Assembly: GCA_964487045.1 (NCBI GenBank)
Contig: CAZAOT010000003.1
Coordinates: forward strand, 72,983-136,982
DNA: 64,000 nucleotides
Direction of reading: 5' to 3'
Origin: an uncultured Candidatus Saccharibacteria bacterium
GTDB lineage: Bacteria; Patescibacteriota; UBA1384; DTJR01
Below are positions 1-8,617 of this stretch, piece by piece (within the stretch, counting starts at the first letter, position 1; the number at the start of each line of letters is the position of its first letter). The translations under genes and the position numbers were made by a program. The notes beneath the pieces were generated by a model that saw only the letters and a list, made by a program, of their open reading frames with translations, ran no database searches and had not been told where the DNA came from.

Positions 1-1011
1 ATTCAATTCCCCAAAAAATTTAAGCTCGTAAGGTATTTCAATCACAAAAGCGAGGAATAATTTTGTAAGTAAAATGAAAAAGATACCCCTGACAACCCCG
101 CGAAGCACTTTCTTGCGAATATTATCATTTCTTCTTGTTATCTCAGAGCGGACAAGAGCATTAAATCCATCTTTAGAGTTTAAGTTGTGCTCAAAATTGC
201 TAGTTCCGCGATGAATCGACTCGTAGATTATATTAAAAGCAGGCGAGGTCTTCTTGATATATTTATTAATCGGGGACTTCTTGTTGTAAATGATTTGCTT
301 TTCTACTTGCTCAAAATAACTTGGAAAATTCACTATAAACTCTTGACCTTCATTTTTCGGAACTTTCGGCCAAGACTTATAGTATCTAGAGAGGAGTTTA
401 TAGCGAAGCTGTTCCCAATCTTCTTTTACAATTACTTTTCTAATAGATATTTCGATTTGTATATCAACCAAATCCTCGGGCAATTCTTCGGAAAGATTAA
501 TATTTTGCGAATATATCTGCTTGCAGAAGGTCATATATTCATCTCTCTCGTCTGAATTGGAGAGCAGCTCTTCGATTTCGCAAGCAGCGAAGCTAACAAA
601 AAGGTCGGTAGAGGCTGTTTTAGAAAGATTGAGTTTGGCGTTTTCTCTAAAATAAGTATATTTGCGCAAGATACTGTCGATTTCTTCTGCTAAAGAGATC
701 GGTATAGTTTCGTTTTCGAAATATTTTGCCCAGACTAGCTCCTTGAGAAGAGCCAAGCCATTGCCTTGAGCGCCTAGATAGGTGCGTCTTTTGAGAATTC
801 GCTTTATCGCGTTTTTCAAAAATAAGTGCTCGTCTTGATATTCAATAGCATTTCGAAGTTTTTCGTAGTAAAAGGCCGCTTGGCCGACTGATTCATTTAC
901 TTTAATCTTTGCTTCTTGAGAGTCTTTATACTTAAGTGTCTTTTTTCCCTTGATGGCAGCTATAGTTTTTTGTAGATGGGCGTTCACCCCGTTAGAGAAA
1001 ATATTATTCAT
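1..1011 (-). CDS. hypothetical protein, N-terminal 337 codons; C-terminus lies left of the window. A hydrophobic stretch near the window edge suggests a membrane segment.
   Basis: Uninterrupted minus-strand frame from ATG at 1011..1009 down to base 1 (MNNIFSNGVNAHLQ...KFFGELN). Absent from the ORF track because it has no in-window stop. The 187..555 + ORF is its shadow. Confidence 0.6.
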   Translation of the reverse strand, partial: MNNIFSNGVNAHLQKTIAAIKGKKTLKYKDSQEAKIKVNESVGQAAFYYEKLRNAIEYQDEHLFLKNAIKRILKRRTYLGAQGNGLALLKELVWAKYFENETIPISLAEEIDSILRKYTYFRENAKLNLSKTASTDLFVSFAACEIEELLSNSDERDEYMTFCKQIYSQNINLSEELPEDLVDIQIEISIRKVIVKEDWEQLRYKLLSRYYKSWPKVPKNEGQEFIVNFPSYFEQVEKQIIYNKKSPINKYIKKTSPAFNIIYESIHRGTSNFEHNLNSKDGFNALVRSEITRRNDNIRKKVLRGVVRGIFFILLTKLFLAFVIEIPYELKFFGELN

Positions 1012-1203
1012 AAGTTTTTTTGATTTATTTATTTTGTATTATATTTGCTGACTTCTCTAACGGGGTTCATTGTTCTATTATTCGCCCCGTTAGAGATTGC
1101 GCAATCATTTTTCCTAACCTTTTGCTATCTTTATAAGATAGGCTTTATAATATGACTATTGGTTTGGTTTTTACGAAAGCTATGCTTTCTATCTCTAACG
1201 GGG
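987..1203. promoter_or_regulatory. Four copies of the 12-nt motif TCTCTAACGGGG in symmetric nested inverted orientation in a divergent promoter region
   Basis: Copies at 987-998 (-), 1054-1065 (+), 1085-1096 (-) and 1192-1203 (+). The inner pair forms a 12-bp stem with a ~20-nt loop. The last copy ends 8 nt before the ATG at 1211. Confidence 0.45.
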
Positions 1204-1210
1204 TTAAATT

Positions 1211-1747
1211 ATGCTTATTCTATTAATTATTTTAGATTTATTTTGGTCGGGGGCAGCTTGGGTATATGACATGAGCAAACTCATAACACTCTCGCCCTTA
1301 ATTTGGCCGTTTGTGGCAGTCTGCCCGGTCTTTCCGCTTCTACTAGCCCTTGTTCTCCTGCAATTGTATCGCAAAAAATCCCCAAATCAATTTTTACTAG
1401 CTTTTGCGGCAGTTGGGAGTGTCATTTATGGATTGATAGCAATCCTGTTTTATCCAGTTGCAATGATATATCAAGGATTTTCTTGGAATGGTCTTGGGCA
1501 AATATTTTGGGTACTGGTTTATGGCGTGCAAGGAGCTTGGCTGATAAAAAAATACAAAATTAAAAAATTGCCTCTGTACACCTCTACTATTTTTTTTGGA
1601 GTGCAGATAATAGTGATAGATCTCTGGCAGAAAAGCTTTGGTTATTTCGATTTTTCAAATATTCCCTTTTTGATCTTAATTCTTGTAGTAATCTTAAGTT
1701 TTCTATTTTTTTCTATACTCCTTGATGTTTTAATGAGAAAGTGCTAA
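1211..1747 (+). CDS. integral membrane protein, multiple predicted TM helices, function unknown
   Basis: 178-aa ORF, very hydrophobic, AT-rich codon usage like neighbouring genes. Confidence 0.6.
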   Translation: MLILLIILDLFWSGAAWVYDMSKLITLSPLIWPFVAVCPVFPLLLALVLLQLYRKKSPNQFLLAFAAVGSVIYGLIAILFYPVAMIYQGFSWNGLGQIFWVLVYGVQGAWLIKKYKIKKLPLYTSTIFFGVQIIVIDLWQKSFGYFDFSNIPFLILILVVILSFLFFSILLDVLMRKC

Positions 1748-1787
1748 AATTCCCACAGCGATATTATTCTGATTGCGGAGGCCTACT

Positions 1788-2111
1788 ATGTCCGACCTTT
1801 CTGCTGTCGCTAGTCGTGTTGTTGGGGGTGTTCTTCTGACTCGGACTCCAGGCAATATCTTGCGCTGGGGGGCATTCCGGGTCGTAAATGCTACGACCAA
1901 CCCGGTTGGGTCGTTGCAGTTGGAGATTGAAGCAGTAGAGCCCCCTTTCAAGCAGTTTGAAGGGCGCTCGGTGGCGAAGGGGGTTTACGGCATGGGGCGG
2001 ATGTTCCGAAACCGAGGCAATCCGCCCAAGTATGACGGGAAGATAATTCGGCTGGAGGATCCTCTGCTGATCGCTGGCTATGATCCGGCGCCGATGATCT
2101 TTCTGATCTAG
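1788..2111 (+). CDS. hypothetical protein (G+C-rich gene)
   Basis: GGAGG sits 6 nt upstream of the ATG at 1788 (the track's start at 1773 is an in-frame extension). A strong hairpin terminator follows. The opposite-strand ORF 1764..2147 is judged a shadow. Confidence 0.5.
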   Translation: MSDLSAVASRVVGGVLLTRTPGNILRWGAFRVVNATTNPVGSLQLEIEAVEPPFKQFEGRSVAKGVYGMGRMFRNRGNPPKYDGKIIRLEDPLLIAGYDPAPMIFLI

Positions 2112-2135
2112 GGCAGCACCCGCTGACCTACAAAG

Positions 2136-2175
2136 GGGCATCCGCACTCACGTGTGGATGCCCCTTTCTCTTTAT
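2136..2175. terminator. Rho-independent terminator hairpin, possibly bidirectional
   Basis: GGGGCATCCGCAC-TCAC-GTGTGGATGCCCC followed by TTTCTCTTT on the + strand. It lies between convergent genes 1788..2111 (+) and 2186..2509 (-). Confidence 0.6.
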
Positions 2176-2185
2176 CTTCTAGTAT

Positions 2186-2509
2186 TTACTTCTTTGCGGC
2201 TTTTTTGACTTTGTCGTAGCCTTCTTCTAGCTCTGCCTGAATCTCTTTAGCTTGTTTAATGGTAATTTTCTTACCTTTTTCGTATGTTCCTACTACTTTC
2301 TTGACCGCGTCCTTGTAAGTGTCCTTGGTAAAATCTCCAGCTTTTTCAAGCTCAGCAGCGATTTTATCTTTCATTTCCTCTAGATAGTTAGCGATATCAG
2401 CTCGAGTCTCTTTGCCCGACTTTGGAGCAAACAAAATACCGGCGACTGCTCCGGCCAATGCGCCAACTGCTAGTCCTACTCCTACACCCTTCATCGTTTT
2501 CTTGTCCAT
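2186..2509 (-). CDS. YtxH-domain (DUF948-like) general stress protein
   Basis: N-terminal Gly/Ala-rich membrane helix (GVGVGLAVGALAGAVAGILFAPKSGKETR) followed by a charged coiled region, typical of the YtxH family. An extended -10 (TGcTATAAT) lies upstream. Confidence 0.75.
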   Translation of the reverse strand: MDKKTMKGVGVGLAVGALAGAVAGILFAPKSGKETRADIANYLEEMKDKIAAELEKAGDFTKDTYKDAVKKVVGTYEKGKKITIKQAKEIQAELEEGYDKVKKAAKK

Positions 2510-2583
2510 CGTTTCCTTTCGTTAATTGATTTGATTATAGCACAATAGTCAAAGGCCGCCTCGTTTATGAAAACTCGGCGGCC

Positions 2584-3657
2584 CTAGGATTTGCCCCAAT
2601 CGAGATCGGGGTCTTCGAGGTCGAATGATCGTCCGCGGATGAATGGATAGATGCGGGTGATCGAGAGGTTGAGGTGCTCAATGGTTTCACGGCTGAGGAT
2701 TGGCTTGGGCTTGTTGCGAAGTGCCCCGAACAACCGATGGACTTCATAGTCATTCATCTGCAGCAGCAGAAGCGTTGGATTGGCGTCTTGGAAATGCTCA
2801 GAAGACGAGATGAACTCATAACAGCGTTCAAGCTCGCTGGCAAACGGCTTGCGATTAGCGTTGAGCGGTACGTAACAGTTAGCGTACATCCAATCGCGTA
2901 GTCGCCAGAATTCCTTGGCTTCGTCGCTCTTAGAGAAACTGATCCGACCTACCGATGCCGATTCCCTTACCAGGGCATTTGCGAAGTTGAGCAGCCTCTC
3001 TTCCTTGGTTCGTCCGAAGCACATCGCTTGATGGTCGGCCTCTTCGAAGCCTGCTCCGATCCGCAAACCATCCTCGATGTCAGAGAACATGTAGATTTTG
3101 TCTACGATGTTCACCAGGCGAAACTCCTGAGGAAGCCATATGTACTTCTGCCGAGAAGTGCCTGAGTGGTGGTAGATTCCAAGCAGAGTTTCATAGGCCA
3201 GGTCGAGACCTTTGCCCGAGTGTTCAATTCTCTGTAGGTTCAGGCAGGCGATAATGCGGTGGTCGATCGTCAAACCACACAGCTTCGAGATTGTCTCCTC
3301 TCCAAAATGACCGAAGGGTGCGTGGCCGGTGTCATGCCCTAGCCCAACCGCTTCTGTCAAGTACTCATTTAGCTTGAGGAACCAGGCTATGAGCTTAGCG
3401 AGACTTGCAACCTCCATGATGTGAAGCAGTCGATCATTACTGGTCGATTCTTCTCTTCCGATGAAGACTTGGGTCGTTCCATGCTTGCGAAACAGGGACT
3501 CGCTATTGCCGACCCAGTAAGCATCCTCAATGAAGCCTCGCTTACCGGTTGGTCTCCTTCGCCCTCCCTCTTTCTTTGGTCGTCGTCCGCGACTCATCTC
3601 TTCTTGGAACCGTAGGTGCGCCAAGCACCCACGATATCTCTTGTCGAGGTTTAACAC
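2584..3657 (-). CDS. HD-domain phosphohydrolase, dGTP triphosphohydrolase-like
   Basis: HD motif region LGHDTGHAPFGHFGE. Arg/Lys-rich N-terminus. Visibly higher G+C than host genes. Hairpin (GGCCGCC...GGCGGCC) after the stop. The true start is uncertain. Confidence 0.7.
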   Translation of the reverse strand: MLNLDKRYRGCLAHLRFQEEMSRGRRPKKEGGRRRPTGKRGFIEDAYWVGNSESLFRKHGTTQVFIGREESTSNDRLLHIMEVASLAKLIAWFLKLNEYLTEAVGLGHDTGHAPFGHFGEETISKLCGLTIDHRIIACLNLQRIEHSGKGLDLAYETLLGIYHHSGTSRQKYIWLPQEFRLVNIVDKIYMFSDIEDGLRIGAGFEEADHQAMCFGRTKEERLLNFANALVRESASVGRISFSKSDEAKEFWRLRDWMYANCYVPLNANRKPFASELERCYEFISSSEHFQDANPTLLLLQMNDYEVHRLFGALRNKPKPILSRETIEHLNLSITRIYPFIRGRSFDLEDPDLDWGKS

Positions 3658-3728
3658 TAGGACGCACCTCCTTATCGTGGGCTGCCTAGGATTGTAGAGA
3701 ACTTATATTCTTAATTCAAGACCAAGTA

Positions 3729-4154
3729 TTATGAAGCGTCTTCTTTCGTTTCAACGTATCTGCCAAGATCATCACGATCTTCAGCCTTGGCGCCCTTTGG
3801 CAATAGTTTTACTGAAATTTTAAATTTTCGAGTCGAGCCGTCTTGATCGGTGATCATGTCAGTTTTCTTTTCATTATAAAAATCCATCAACTCGACCGAG
3901 AGAATATCTCTTAGGGTCTTTATCTCATCCAGGTTTTCCCTAATGTCTTCGGCGAGCTTGGCATTTCCTTCTTGATTAAAAATTGCATCTCTGACTTCTT
4001 TGCGTTTTTTTGCAGCCGATTTTGCCTCCTCGGCAATTTGAGTGTAGGAGGCATCATTTTCAAGGGCGGAGCGAAGTAGCTCTTTAGCTTTTTTATTTTC
4101 TTCTTCTAGTTTTTCAATAATTCCGATTCTTTCTTTGATGACCGATAAATCCAT
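3729..4154 (-). CDS. hypothetical coiled-coil protein
   Basis: GGAGCGGAGG lies 5 nt upstream of the ATG at 4154 (MDLSVIKE...). The track ORF extends to 4208 through the leader hairpin and is likely over-extended. Confidence 0.55.
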   Translation of the reverse strand: MDLSVIKERIGIIEKLEEENKKAKELLRSALENDASYTQIAEEAKSAAKKRKEVRDAIFNQEGNAKLAEDIRENLDEIKTLRDILSVELMDFYNEKKTDMITDQDGSTRKFKISVKLLPKGAKAEDRDDLGRYVETKEDAS

Positions 4155-4300
4155 AATTGCCTCCGCTCCTTGTCCAGCCCTTCGCGAAGGGCTGGACCGG
4201 AAGTCCACCTGGAGCGAAATCTATTTGCAGATTTCTTAAATTAAGAATACTGCAAGAGATTATGCGAAGGTGGACACGCTTATTTTTTACCTTAAGATTG
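4145..4300 (-). promoter_or_regulatory. Structured 5' leader: nested hairpins ending in a perfect 13-bp palindrome immediately 5' of the SD GGAGCGGAGG
   Basis: Minus-strand reading: GTGTCCACCT...(GAAATCT-gcaaat-AGATTTC)...AGGTGGAC-TTCCGG-TCCAGCCCTTCG/CGAAGGGCTGGA-caaGGAGCGGAGGcaattATG. Shares the CTTCCGG / GGAGCGGAGG frame with the leaders at 12424 and 21440. Confidence 0.45.
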
Positions 4301-4326
4301 TAACACTATTTTCTTTACGCCAAAAA

Positions 4327-4932
4327 TTATTTTTCTTTTTCTGGCTTTTCGTGTTCCTGATAGTCGATTGGTCTTGAAAGGTCGATTTCTTTCTTGTCTT
4401 CTTCGATCAACTTAATTACTTTTTCAATTAATTTTTTGGGATCATCGTCATAGACAATTTTGGGGTTTGGCCGACCGCATTCCTGAACTATCTCATTGAT
4501 TTCTTCGGCAATTCCCCCGGTACCAGTGAGGATTCCAATCGGTTTATGATCTTCAAAAGCAATCGTAAATTCGTTTAGAGTTCCGATTCTTCCACAGACC
4601 GTTATAACCGCATCAGCTGATCTGATCAGAAGAAGGTTTCTTCCTGAATAGCCAAAGCCGGTGTAAATAATGATATCGAACTCTTCAGTCGGTAATTTAT
4701 ATTTTTTAACATGTTCAAGCTCACTTGAAGCAGGTGAGATCCCGATCGAAAAACCTTCCTTAAGCGACTTACATCCCTTGGCAGCCCAGAGCGGTGCTCC
4801 AATTGTAGCTCCAGTTACCAGCACTCCTTCTTGACGAACGATCTCGCGACCTAGTTCTGTAGTCATCTCTTCAGCTTCCGGCGAGCAAGTTCCGGTTACT
4901 GCTGAACCTGATACACAAATTTTATACTTCAT
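4327..4932 (-). CDS. LOG-family / TIGR00725-type Rossmann-fold nucleotide-binding protein
   Basis: CGRIGTLNEF and TGTGGIAEE motifs characteristic of the LOG / DprA-like SLOG fold. Confidence 0.7.
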   Translation of the reverse strand: MKYKICVSGSAVTGTCSPEAEEMTTELGREIVRQEGVLVTGATIGAPLWAAKGCKSLKEGFSIGISPASSELEHVKKYKLPTEEFDIIIYTGFGYSGRNLLLIRSADAVITVCGRIGTLNEFTIAFEDHKPIGILTGTGGIAEEINEIVQECGRPNPKIVYDDDPKKLIEKVIKLIEEDKKEIDLSRPIDYQEHEKPEKEK

Positions 4933-6298
4933 TGTTCTCCTTTGATTCGCCCGAAAATTCGATCGATTCAGAATTCTTGGGGATATCTATTTCAATATTC
5001 ATCGTTTCTTTAATTTTGGCCATTAAAGCCTCTTTAGCTTCAGGCTCGCCGTGAACTAGAACGATTTTCTTAACATTTTTAATCTGCGAGACCCACTCGA
5101 CAAGTTTTGGTTGGTCAGCATGCGCGGAGTATGATTGTATCGGGATGATTTTTGCTTTGGAGAAAATTTCACTGCCTCTTATTTTAACTTCCTTATCTCC
5201 GTCAAGCAATCTTCGCCCAAGAGTGCCTTTTACCTGATAACCGACGATCAAAAGCGTTGTATTTTCCTTTGGCAAAAATGCTTTTTCGTGCCATTGAATT
5301 CTACCGCCATTCGACATTCCTGAGCCAGCAATGATGATTTTGGTCGATTCGTCCTTATCTAACTTCATTGAATCTTCGCTTTCTTCAATCATCTTTAGAC
5401 CTTTAAACTCGAAGAAGTCGTCGCCTGATTTTAAAAGGGCCGTAGCTTCGGCATTATAATACTGAGGATATTTAGCGTAAACTTCAGTCGCCTTAATCGC
5501 CAGCGGACTATCAAGATAAACAGGTATAAATGGAATGCTTCCGCCTTCAACTAGGCCGTTTAGTTCATATAGGATCTCTTGAGTTCTTTCCATTGCAAAT
5601 GATGGCATTAGAATAGTTCCATTTTCGCTAATCGAGTCTTTGATAATCTTCGTGAGCTGCTCTTTACGTTTTTCCATCGGTTCATGTTCTCGATCGCCAT
5701 AGGTCGATTCCATAATTACTAAGTCTGCTGATTCAATAAATTCAGTTTTCTTAAGCAGGGGAACTGGAGGATTGCCGAGATCACCCGAAAAAATAATTGT
5801 TTTTCCTTCTGCCTGGATTTTGACAATTGCTGATCCAAGAATATGACCCGCATCATAAAATTCGACTTCCACGCCTTCAATAGGTGAGAATTTCTCGTGA
5901 TAATTTTTTTCTTCAATTAAGGCAACTGTTTTAGCGACATCATCTAGATCATATAATGGTTGTTTATTAACGTACTCGGCTTCATTTTCCATTAAGTGGC
6001 ATGAGTCTTCGAGGAAAATTTTGGCAAATTCTTGAGTTGGCCCAGTAGCATAAATTTTTCCGCCAAATCCCATTTTTACCAGGTGTGGTGTTCGACCAAT
6101 GTGGTCAATGTGAGAGTGGGTCATGATCATCGCACCGACGTCTGCTGGGTTATAGGGGAACTCCTGCCAGTTTAAGACTGTTTCATCGTCCCCACCTTGA
6201 AACAGACCGCAGTCGATAATCAGTTTGCCAGCGCTAGTTTCAAGTAGATAATTTGATCCTGTCACACCTTCGGTAGCTCCACAGAATGTAATTTTCAT
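4922..6298 (-). CDS. MBL-fold metallo-hydrolase with beta-CASP RNA-metabolising domain (RNase J / CPSF-like)
   Basis: HSHIDHIG metallo-beta-lactamase motif near the N-terminus; length and C-terminal region fit beta-CASP ribonucleases. Confidence 0.8.
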   Translation of the reverse strand: MKITFCGATEGVTGSNYLLETSAGKLIIDCGLFQGGDDETVLNWQEFPYNPADVGAMIMTHSHIDHIGRTPHLVKMGFGGKIYATGPTQEFAKIFLEDSCHLMENEAEYVNKQPLYDLDDVAKTVALIEEKNYHEKFSPIEGVEVEFYDAGHILGSAIVKIQAEGKTIIFSGDLGNPPVPLLKKTEFIESADLVIMESTYGDREHEPMEKRKEQLTKIIKDSISENGTILMPSFAMERTQEILYELNGLVEGGSIPFIPVYLDSPLAIKATEVYAKYPQYYNAEATALLKSGDDFFEFKGLKMIEESEDSMKLDKDESTKIIIAGSGMSNGGRIQWHEKAFLPKENTTLLIVGYQVKGTLGRRLLDGDKEVKIRGSEIFSKAKIIPIQSYSAHADQPKLVEWVSQIKNVKKIVLVHGEPEAKEALMAKIKETMNIEIDIPKNSESIEFSGESKENNEV

Positions 6299-6990
6299 TC
6301 GTTGCTCCCTGCTTTATCTTTTTCTTCTTCCGTCTCAATCCCTATGATCTTGAGCGCCGAGCTTGTTCCAATTCGAGTGGCGCCTGCTTCAATCATACCC
6401 TTAGCCTCTTCGAATGTATGGATTCCGCCCGATGCTTTGACCTTTACCTCGTCCCCCACAGAAGCACGCATCGTCTTAATATCATCGATGGTCGATGGTC
6501 TTGGGCCGTAGCCAGTCGATGATTTCACAAATGCTGCTCCTGCTTTCTCGGCTCTCTTGCATGCTTCGGTTAGCTCTTCTTCTGTTAGAAAGCCAACTTC
6601 CATAATAACTTTGAGGCCAATTGGCTGAATCGCTGTTGCGATTTCCCTGATTTCTTCTTCGATAAAATCAAATTTCTTCTCTTTAATTGCTCCAATGTTA
6701 ACAACCATATCAATCTCGGTTGCGCCATCTTCTACAGCGAGCTTGGCTTCGGCTACTTTAATTTCGGTTTTTGAAATACCAAATGGAAAGCCAATTACAC
6801 TAATTACTTCAATATCGGCTCCTTCGAGATATTCTTTTGCGGCTGCTACGCGGTAGGTAGTGACGCAAACACTATGAAAACCATATTCCTTAGCTTCAGA
6901 GCAAAGCTTTTTGATGTCTTCATTTGTAGCATCTGCTTTGACACAAGTGTGGTCAATATAAGAAACGATATTTTCTTTTGTAATATTCAT
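6295..6990 (-). CDS. deoC: deoxyribose-phosphate aldolase
   Basis: N-terminal SYIDHT signature of DeoC; Lys-containing active-site region VKxSTGY; ~230 aa. Confidence 0.9.
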   Translation of the reverse strand: MNITKENIVSYIDHTCVKADATNEDIKKLCSEAKEYGFHSVCVTTYRVAAAKEYLEGADIEVISVIGFPFGISKTEIKVAEAKLAVEDGATEIDMVVNIGAIKEKKFDFIEEEIREIATAIQPIGLKVIMEVGFLTEEELTEACKRAEKAGAAFVKSSTGYGPRPSTIDDIKTMRASVGDEVKVKASGGIHTFEEAKGMIEAGATRIGTSSALKIIGIETEEEKDKAGSNE

Positions 6991-7130
6991 TAAATCTCCT
7001 CAAGTTTAGGTCCTTCGATTCCTGCCCCTCTACCTGACGCACTGCAATAACAGGACGGAGTCAGTTTTGCAGTAAGGAATGGTGTGGGGTGGTCAATATA
7101 TTTTCTAATTGATTGTTGATCTAGTTCCAT
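6990..7130 (-). other. uORF (46 aa) made of a diverged duplicate of the deoC N-terminus plus a conserved ~67-nt element; its stop overlaps the deoC ATG (TAATG)
   Basis: MELDQQSIRKYIDH-PTPFLTAKLTPSCYCSASGRGAGIEGPKLEEI*. The element (about 7024..7089) is ~89% identical to the copy at 13989..14055. Preceded by AGGAGG and a -10 TATAAT. Confidence 0.6.
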
Positions 7131-7245
7131 TTTCCCTCCTTATAACGATACAAATGCATTATAACATAATAACTTAAGTGTAAATGAAAAGAGAAAGGGC
7201 CGCCGTGTCGAATGACATGGCGGCCCTGGTTGTGCAGTGAGAGCT

Positions 7246-7968
7246 CTAGCTTGGTAGCTGAAGCGGAGTTAGATACTCAGCAGCTCTGGGAGTCGCCTTG
7301 ATGTCAGCTTTGTATCCATAGGTTCTCGCTGTCTCCAGATCCCAAGCGTAACTACCAGCGGGCTGAGTGGGCCTTGCGATGATTCGCGGGTCAAACCCTA
7401 TCTCATTTCCGGTCGTTGCCCAGTCGATATATGGGTTGATGTCAACTTCATACCGGAAAGGATCGGTCCGATCGCCGGCAGCAAGTGTAGCCAGCTCATC
7501 TAGACGATCGTCTGGCCAGTAAACCTTGCTTGTTGTCTGGCGGTTTTCGATCTCGACCCATTCATCGCCAACTGAGATGACTTCCGCTTCGTCGAAATGG
7601 ACAAATGCCTCTTGCGGAATCTCAATCTCCGGAAACATCAACTCCTCGGGACAGAGCTGTTCGAAGAAGGTCGTGCCAAGTAGCGTTATGCTGTCATCCC
7701 CACGTGGGATGACAAAGTAGGGCTGGTTTTCGTATGCGCCCCACTTCTGGCCAGGCCAGAGATAGCCAAGCGCCCAATCACCGTCTTTTTGCTGATAGAC
7801 GAGCCATGCCGCGCCGCTTCGAACTTCCCACGCTACTGAGCAAAAGTTGTGAAAAGCTGGTTCGGCTGGCCGCTCCGGTGATATCCTTAGCAGGAAAGAG
7901 CAGCACATGTCGGCTTTGTACATGAACGAGTCGATGATCCTTGGCCTAAACTGAAGCCGGTTTGGCAT
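7246..7968 (-). CDS. hypothetical protein (G+C-rich gene)
   Basis: AGGAGG sits 6 nt before the ATG at 7968 (MPNRLQFRPR...). A hairpin terminator GGGCCGCC..GGCGGCCC plus T-run lies at ~7196-7240. Confidence 0.55.
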   Translation of the reverse strand: MPNRLQFRPRIIDSFMYKADMCCSFLLRISPERPAEPAFHNFCSVAWEVRSGAAWLVYQQKDGDWALGYLWPGQKWGAYENQPYFVIPRGDDSITLLGTTFFEQLCPEELMFPEIEIPQEAFVHFDEAEVISVGDEWVEIENRQTTSKVYWPDDRLDELATLAAGDRTDPFRYEVDINPYIDWATTGNEIGFDPRIIARPTQPAGSYAWDLETARTYGYKADIKATPRAAEYLTPLQLPS

Positions 7969-8059
7969 GTCTGCCTCCTTTTGTTCTTTCAAATGCTACA
8001 GGGTTGCATAAAGCTTGCCACTTTGCAGATAGTAAACGGGTCTTCTTATCTAGTCAAGA

Positions 8060-8581
8060 TTATTTATAAATATAGATCTTCGGAGAAGTATTCTTTTTTA
8101 ATGGTTTGCGCCCTGTGAAATTAAAGGTTAGGGACACAACGGAAGCATTTCGCTTTAAATTTTTAAAAATAATAGGTTCAATCTTAGCTAAGAGTTTTTC
8201 AAGTAGATAGACATAAATCAAATCAGCTTTGTTTATTAGGTTTTCGTATTTTAATATATTGCCGTAATAAATTTTAATATTTTTGGTTTGATGGTGAAGC
8301 GCAACATTTAATTTGGCGAGTATGAAATAGAAAGGGGAGATTTCGATGCCGATACCTTTTGCTCCAAACTCTTTGGCAGCAATAATCAAGCTTCGCGCAT
8401 TGCCACAGCCGAGATCGATGACCACTTGTCCAGATTTTAAGTAGGCCATCTCAAAAGCCTTTTTAATAATTTTTTCTTTAGCGTAAACCGTCGGTGCACC
8501 TGAAAAGGCGGAGATTAACAGAGAAATTTGCCAAATAAGTGCGATCAAAGCTAGAGTGATAAATAATATAGAAATAGTCAT
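8060..8581 (-). CDS. class I SAM-dependent methyltransferase with N-terminal membrane anchor
   Basis: VIDLGCGNA (motif I) and typical Rossmann MTase layout. Confidence 0.8.
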   Translation of the reverse strand: MTISILFITLALIALIWQISLLISAFSGAPTVYAKEKIIKKAFEMAYLKSGQVVIDLGCGNARSLIIAAKEFGAKGIGIEISPFYFILAKLNVALHHQTKNIKIYYGNILKYENLINKADLIYVYLLEKLLAKIEPIIFKNLKRNASVVSLTFNFTGRKPLKKNTSPKIYIYK

Positions 8582-8617
8582 ATTTATCTAAGATTAACAT
8601 TTTGTTTCATAAATAAA

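Noticed and set aside
187-555. Plus-strand 122-aa ORF
   Set aside because: Lies entirely inside the long minus-strand frame 1..1011, has no RBS, and has odd low-complexity composition; treated as a shadow ORF.
1764-2147. 127-aa minus-strand ORF
   Set aside because: The + strand frame has GGAGG plus ATG and is followed by the hairpin in sense orientation; the minus frame lacks an RBS. Residual uncertainty about which strand is coding remains.
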